Shown in pieces: positions 28,037-32,000 of a stretch of DNA of 32,000 nt (position 1 is its first letter; each line of letters begins with the position of its first letter). The stretch spans positions 240,001 to 272,000 of the forward strand of contig NC_017262.1 of the NCBI RefSeq assembly GCF_000175255.2. The letters run 5' to 3'. The notes beneath the pieces were generated by a model. The model did no database searches. It was not told the DNA's origin and saw only the letters and a list, made by a program, of their open reading frames with translations. This DNA is from Zymomonas mobilis subsp. mobilis ATCC 10988. Its GTDB lineage: Bacteria; Pseudomonadota; Alphaproteobacteria; Sphingomonadales; Sphingomonadaceae. The position numbers and the translations under genes were made by a program.

Positions 28037-28668
28037 CAGGGCAATAAATCATCCAAAGCATCGAGAAGATGACGATGCACCTCTTCAGGGTTACCGCTTG
28101 CATCAATGACCCGAAAGCGTTCCGGTTCTTTCGCCGCTAACTGTAAAAAGCTATCATTTACCTTTTTATGGTAATCGATCGTCCGCTGTTCGAAACGATT
28201 TCCTTTATTCTTATCACGCTCTTGTGCGCGGCGTATCCCCTCGCCTTCTGGCAAGGTTAAAAGGAAGGTGCGATCAGGTAAAATACCTTGACTACCGATG
28301 CGATGAAGACAACGGATATCTTCTTGGGTTAGGCCGCCGGTATCGCCTTGATAAGCCAAAGAGCTATCAATAAATCGGTCGCAAACAACCCATTTACCCT
28401 CTTTTAAGGCTGGTTTTATCACACGAGCAACATGTTCAGCTCGCGCTGCGGCGAATAAGAGCGCTTCGGTTGCATTCGTCCAACGATGCAGATCGCCTTC
28501 CAGCAAAAGATGGCGGATCGCGTCGCCACCCGAACACCCGCCGGGTTCTCTGGTGGCGATAACAGACTTTTGAAGCTTTTCTTCGAGAGCGGCTACCAAA
28601 AGGCGAATCTGGGTCGATTTGCCGACTCCTTCTCCGCCTTCCAGACTGATAAAATATCCGTGTGTCAC
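28036..28668 (-). CDS. tmk: Thymidylate kinase
   Basis: GYFISLEGGEGVGKSTQI P-loop, ATREPGG, WVVCDRFIDSSLAYQG, and KNRFEQRTIDYHKKVNDSFLQLA. The track start is ATG 28686. I prefer GTG at 28668, which overlaps the upstream TGA stop as GTGA. Confidence 0.93.
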   Translation of the reverse strand: MTHGYFISLEGGEGVGKSTQIRLLVAALEEKLQKSVIATREPGGCSGGDAIRHLLLEGDLHRWTNATEALLFAAARAEHVARVIKPALKEGKWVVCDRFIDSSLAYQGDTGGLTQEDIRCLHRIGSQGILPDRTFLLTLPEGEGIRRAQERDKNKGNRFEQRTIDYHKKVNDSFLQLAAKEPERFRVIDASGNPEEVHRHLLDALDDLLP

Positions 28669-29873
28669 AATCGCCCCAGAATCCACCTTATACCTTCACC
28701 AATACGGCCAAAAAATCCGGCTTTTTCTACGGTTTTTTCAGCCACCAAAGGTGTAACCTGTGGCGGTGTGTCAGATGTTAAGACAACCAGATCGGCAATA
28801 TGCTGACCTTGGGCAATCGGTGCCTTGATAGGGCCTTGATAAACGACTTTGACCTTCATTTGGTCAGAAGCCGTAATCGGCAAGGTCACTGCCAAATCCC
28901 GTGGTGCAACCAAACCGACAGTAGAAGAACTACCGCCCTGCACTTCGGCTGTCTGGACACGAACACCTTTTCTGACAACAGGCTTGGATTTCCAAGCTCT
29001 AAAGCCCCAATTCATAAAGGCAATTGACTGTTCCCGACGGGCTGCATTGGAAGGCAAACCCGCCATAACCATAACCAGCCGCCGTCCCCGTTGTTCAGCG
29101 GATCCGGTAAAGCCATATCCGGCTTCATCGGTATGTCCAGTTTTCAAACCATCAGCACCGTCAATAACGCCCAATAACGGATCGCGATTGGATTGGGTGA
29201 TATCTTTCCCCGATCCCATGGTTTTACCCCATGTAAATTCACGTTGACCATAGAATTGGCGATAAAGATCAGGAAAATCACGAATAGTGGCTTCGGCCAA
29301 TGTCTCAAGATCATGAGCCGTAACATAGGTTGCGCCGCCGTCCGGCCAACCATTGGCTGTGCCAAAATGAGAATTAGTGAGACCAATTTTTTGTGCTTTT
29401 TCATTCATCAAAGCAACAAAGGCTTGTTCTGTTCCCGCAATACCTTCGGATAAAACAACACAGGCATCATTACCGGATAATGTAACAATACCATGCAAAA
29501 GATTGGCTGCACTTACCTGTTCATTCGGTGACAGGAACATCGTTGAACCTGCCGAAGGGCCATGCCATTTTTTCCATGTTTCCGGCTGAACCGTGATCGG
29601 CTGATCCAGTTTAAGCTGCCCTTTTTTGATAAGATCAAAGGCAACATAGACAGTCATCATCTTGGCCATAGATGCGGGTGGCATTCGACGGTCAGCATCT
29701 TTTGCATAAAGCACCGCGCCTGAAGAAAGGTCTTTCATATAGGCGATAGGGGCAATTGTCTCAAAAGGTGGAGCAGCCGCATAGCTGGCCGCCGCCGTAA
29801 AGCAGAGGGCAGCAGAGGCAGAAAAGAATAGAACTGGCTTCATTGAATCACCGATATAGTAAGGCATGGTCAC
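28665..29873 (-). CDS. D-alanyl-D-alanine carboxypeptidase (PBP5/6, DacA/DacC-like)
   Basis: 402 aa with signal peptide. SxxK motif PPASMAKMMTVYV, SxN motif LSGNDAC, KTG motif LKTGHTDEAGYGFTGSA, and a C-terminal membrane-anchor-like tail. Confidence 0.93.
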   Translation of the reverse strand: MTMPYYIGDSMKPVLFFSASAALCFTAAASYAAAPPFETIAPIAYMKDLSSGAVLYAKDADRRMPPASMAKMMTVYVAFDLIKKGQLKLDQPITVQPETWKKWHGPSAGSTMFLSPNEQVSAANLLHGIVTLSGNDACVVLSEGIAGTEQAFVALMNEKAQKIGLTNSHFGTANGWPDGGATYVTAHDLETLAEATIRDFPDLYRQFYGQREFTWGKTMGSGKDITQSNRDPLLGVIDGADGLKTGHTDEAGYGFTGSAEQRGRRLVMVMAGLPSNAARREQSIAFMNWGFRAWKSKPVVRKGVRVQTAEVQGGSSSTVGLVAPRDLAVTLPITASDQMKVKVVYQGPIKAPIAQGQHIADLVVLTSDTPPQVTPLVAEKTVEKAGFFGRIGEGIRWILGRL

Positions 29874-29918
29874 AAAGAATATTCATCTTGATAAACTTGT
29901 AGCCATGAATAACAATAG

Positions 29919-30392
29919 TTAAAGACGTTTGACGCGAACCTTCGCGGTGCCTTTCTTTTCAATGCCCAAAGCGCGTGCAGCTCCCCTTGACAGGTCGATA
30001 ATTCTCCCTTGCACAAAAGGCCCTCGATCATTCACGCGCACAACCAATCGGCGTCCGGTTTCAAGATTGGTAACCTCGACATAACAAGGAAGCGGTAAGG
30101 TTTTATGTGCCGCACTAATGGCATTAGGTGAAAATTTTTCTCCGATAGCCGTTGGATGTCCAGCAAAATCATCTCCATACCACGAGGCATAACCCACTTC
30201 GTTATAAGAAGGATCATCCTTGGGGACATAAGTCACGCCGCCGACCGTATAAGGCCGACTGGTTGCCGGACTACGGGGCGCGTGATTATGACTATAGTGA
30301 TGTGTTTGAGGGCCTGCACAAGCCGCTACAAACAAAGGTAAAAGAACCGTCCACGGTCGGAAAGAAAAACGAAATTTAGTCTGTGATTGCAT
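29919..30392 (-). CDS. rlpA: RlpA-like septal ring lipoprotein / lytic transglycosylase (3D/DPBB domain)
   Basis: YNEVGYASWYGDDFAGHPTAIGEKFSPNAISAAHKTLPLPCYVEVTNLETGRRLVVRVNDRGPFVQGRIIDLSRGAARALG. Lipobox-like FVAAC after MQSQTKFRFSFRPWTVLLPLFVAAC. The track start is 30419; Met10 at 30392 gives a cleaner signal peptide. Confidence 0.92.
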   Translation of the reverse strand: MQSQTKFRFSFRPWTVLLPLFVAACAGPQTHHYSHNHAPRSPATSRPYTVGGVTYVPKDDPSYNEVGYASWYGDDFAGHPTAIGEKFSPNAISAAHKTLPLPCYVEVTNLETGRRLVVRVNDRGPFVQGRIIDLSRGAARALGIEKKGTAKVRVKRL

Positions 30393-31461
30393 CAGCCAGT
30401 AACCCCACAGATAAAGCATAAAAATTGGAACAGTTATAATCCAGAATAGCGCGATAATTGGCAGAAACCAGCCATGCGGTTGCCCCTGCCCCGTCCGGTT
30501 CTATTAAAGCCATCGATTCATTTTCTGAAGGCATATGACTTCCCATAAAAACAAGACCCAGCTTTCGCCATTCGGATACTGGCTGCCAACGACTTAACCT
30601 TGCATAAACACGAGGGCATTTTTGGGAAGGCGTTACAGATTGAATAAGGTTTCGGTCAAGGCTGTCTGGCACCTTCACAGCAATCCCCCAAGGGACATTG
30701 GGCTGCCAACCGGCCGTTTTTAGATAATTACCAATAGAGGCTAAGGCATCAATTTCACTCGACCAGATATTTTTTTTACCATCATGATCGCCATCAACGG
30801 CAACCCGCAAATAAACACTCGGTAAAAATTGCGGAGATCCCGTTGCACCCGCCCAGCTTCCTTTTAAAAGGCTACGATCGATACCGGAATCAAGGATTTT
30901 TAGAGCTGCGATATATTCCTGAACAAAAAGATCACGCCGCCGCCCGTCATAAGCCAGAGTTGCAAGAGACCGTAAAAGATCAAAATTCCCCGAAAATTGA
31001 CCATAGCCACTTTCATGACCATAGATTGACAGCATAATCCCTGCGGGAACGCCGGTTTCTTTTTCAATTTCGGCTAAGTTATTTTGTAAAGCCTGATATT
31101 TTTTCCGGCCATTAGCAATTCTTACCGCATCAACATGACTCGCGGCATAGGGCGCAAAGGGCGGTATAACCGCATTAGCCGTTGGTGATTCCGGTTGATT
31201 GCGATCCAGTTGGATAACGCGGGGATTGGGGGTTAAATCCGAAGCAATACGGTCAAAGGTTTGCGGATTGACTCCGCTCGCCAAAGCTTGAGGCCGAATA
31301 GAAGCCAAGAAATTCCGAAAATCTCTATTGGCTTCCTGATTATTGAGATCGGCAGCTGTCTTTTCCTGCATAGGCACAGGCATATCAGATGATGATTGCG
31401 ATAATGCCGGAAACGTCATCCCGCTCAAGAAAATAGCTGTTATCAGGGGGTATAAACGCAT
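30376..31461 (-). CDS. Lytic murein transglycosylase, MltB family
   Basis: 361 aa with signal peptide. MLSIYGHESGYGQFSGNFDLLRSLATLAYDGRRRDLFVQE-type catalytic motif (sequence reads ILSIYGHESGYG), then GSWAGATGSPQFLPSVYLRVAVDGDHDGKKNIW. Confidence 0.93.
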   Translation of the reverse strand: MRLYPLITAIFLSGMTFPALSQSSSDMPVPMQEKTAADLNNQEANRDFRNFLASIRPQALASGVNPQTFDRIASDLTPNPRVIQLDRNQPESPTANAVIPPFAPYAASHVDAVRIANGRKKYQALQNNLAEIEKETGVPAGIMLSIYGHESGYGQFSGNFDLLRSLATLAYDGRRRDLFVQEYIAALKILDSGIDRSLLKGSWAGATGSPQFLPSVYLRVAVDGDHDGKKNIWSSEIDALASIGNYLKTAGWQPNVPWGIAVKVPDSLDRNLIQSVTPSQKCPRVYARLSRWQPVSEWRKLGLVFMGSHMPSENESMALIEPDGAGATAWLVSANYRAILDYNCSNFYALSVGLLADAITD

Positions 31462-31539
31462 CCTTGCCCAATCCTCATAAAAAAATGATAGAGTATTCTA
31501 TACTATTTTTCAGGAATTGGGATGATAGCAATAAAAGAT

Positions 31540-32000
31540 TTAGCGGTTATGCGGTCTTTCTTTCGCAGCAATTTCGGAAAGAGCCAATAAAGCTGAAGAA
31601 TAATAATCATCCTGATCGGCAATTTTCGCGGTAATGGGTTTATTCATTGCCAGATCAAGAATAGCCATACCTCCTTTTGATAAAGGATAAGGCGCAATAG
31701 CTTGGCTATTCACATCGACCCATGCCGGAACGGGCTGATTATGGGAAAGATAGCTATTCCAATAAATAGCAAAGGGAGCTGCCAAGGCATCTTCTCCCCC
31801 CCAAATCAGATAGAGCGGGATTCTAACGGCATCAAAACCGAAATAAGGTTGCTTGTCGGCGGCGGGTTCAAGATTGCCGTTATTTTTGAAAGCGACCCAA
31901 TCAGTGGGCAACTGTGGCAAACCGAATTTAGCCTTTGCCAATAATTTTTTCCCGCTTTCAATAACATTATGCCAAGCCCCGTTATCAGCCTCATTAAAGG
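31540..32000 (-). CDS. Glycoside hydrolase family 8 endoglucanase (BcsZ-like), C-terminal portion; 5' end beyond the window
   Basis: The track ORF begins at an internal TTG (31941), but the frame stays open to the window edge. It reads FNEADNGWHNVIESGKKLLAKAKFGLPQLPTDWVAFKNNGNLEPAADKQPYFGFDAVRIPLYLIWGG, typical of the GH8 C-terminal half. Confidence 0.8.
   Translation of the reverse strand, partial: FNEADNGAWHNVIESGKKLLAKAKFGLPQLPTDWVAFKNNGNLEPAADKQPYFGFDAVRIPLYLIWGGEDALAAPFAIYWNSYLSHNQPVPAWVDVNSQAIAPYPLSKGGMAILDLAMNKPITAKIADQDDYYSSALLALSEIAAKERPHNR

Noticed and set aside
1-32000. Search for CRISPR arrays, retron/DGR-like repeats, transposase genes, integrase genes, prophage or toxin-antitoxin pairs
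   Set aside because: By eye no regularly spaced direct repeats, transposase or integrase motifs, or small toxin-antitoxin pairs were found. Almost all DNA is accounted for by housekeeping genes. AddAB, RNase R and MazG are core functions here, not a defence island.

Overview
This 32 kb window looks like ordinary, densely packed alphaproteobacterial chromosome. Gene content and order suggest a sphingomonad-type genome, probably Zymomonas mobilis (inference, no database search was possible). Plus-strand blocks: yciB/ispZ; a secreted repeat protein; a degenerate sensor kinase; tRNA-CAT; divL-like kinase; tsaE; murU-like nucleotidyltransferase; addB; addA; trxA; rnr. Minus-strand blocks: a truncated UdgX-family uracil-DNA glycosylase; ndh; an MFS transporter; an Lrp/AsnC regulator; mazG; a compact MBL-hydrolase/tatD/metG/holB/tmk/D,D-carboxypeptidase chain; rlpA; mltB-like; and a truncated GH8 glucanase. 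I found no CRISPR array, transposon, prophage or recognisable multi-gene defence cassette, and no clear new multi-gene system. The best leads are: (1) a UdgX-type glycosylase whose active-site loop reads ERRIH rather than KRRIH; (2) two degenerate histidine-kinase-like proteins flanking a tRNA, one with a His phosphoacceptor but an eroded ATPase, the other DivL-like with Tyr in place of His; (3) no AmgK-type kinase between tsaE and the murU-like gene; (4) several structured intergenic elements and start-site corrections.
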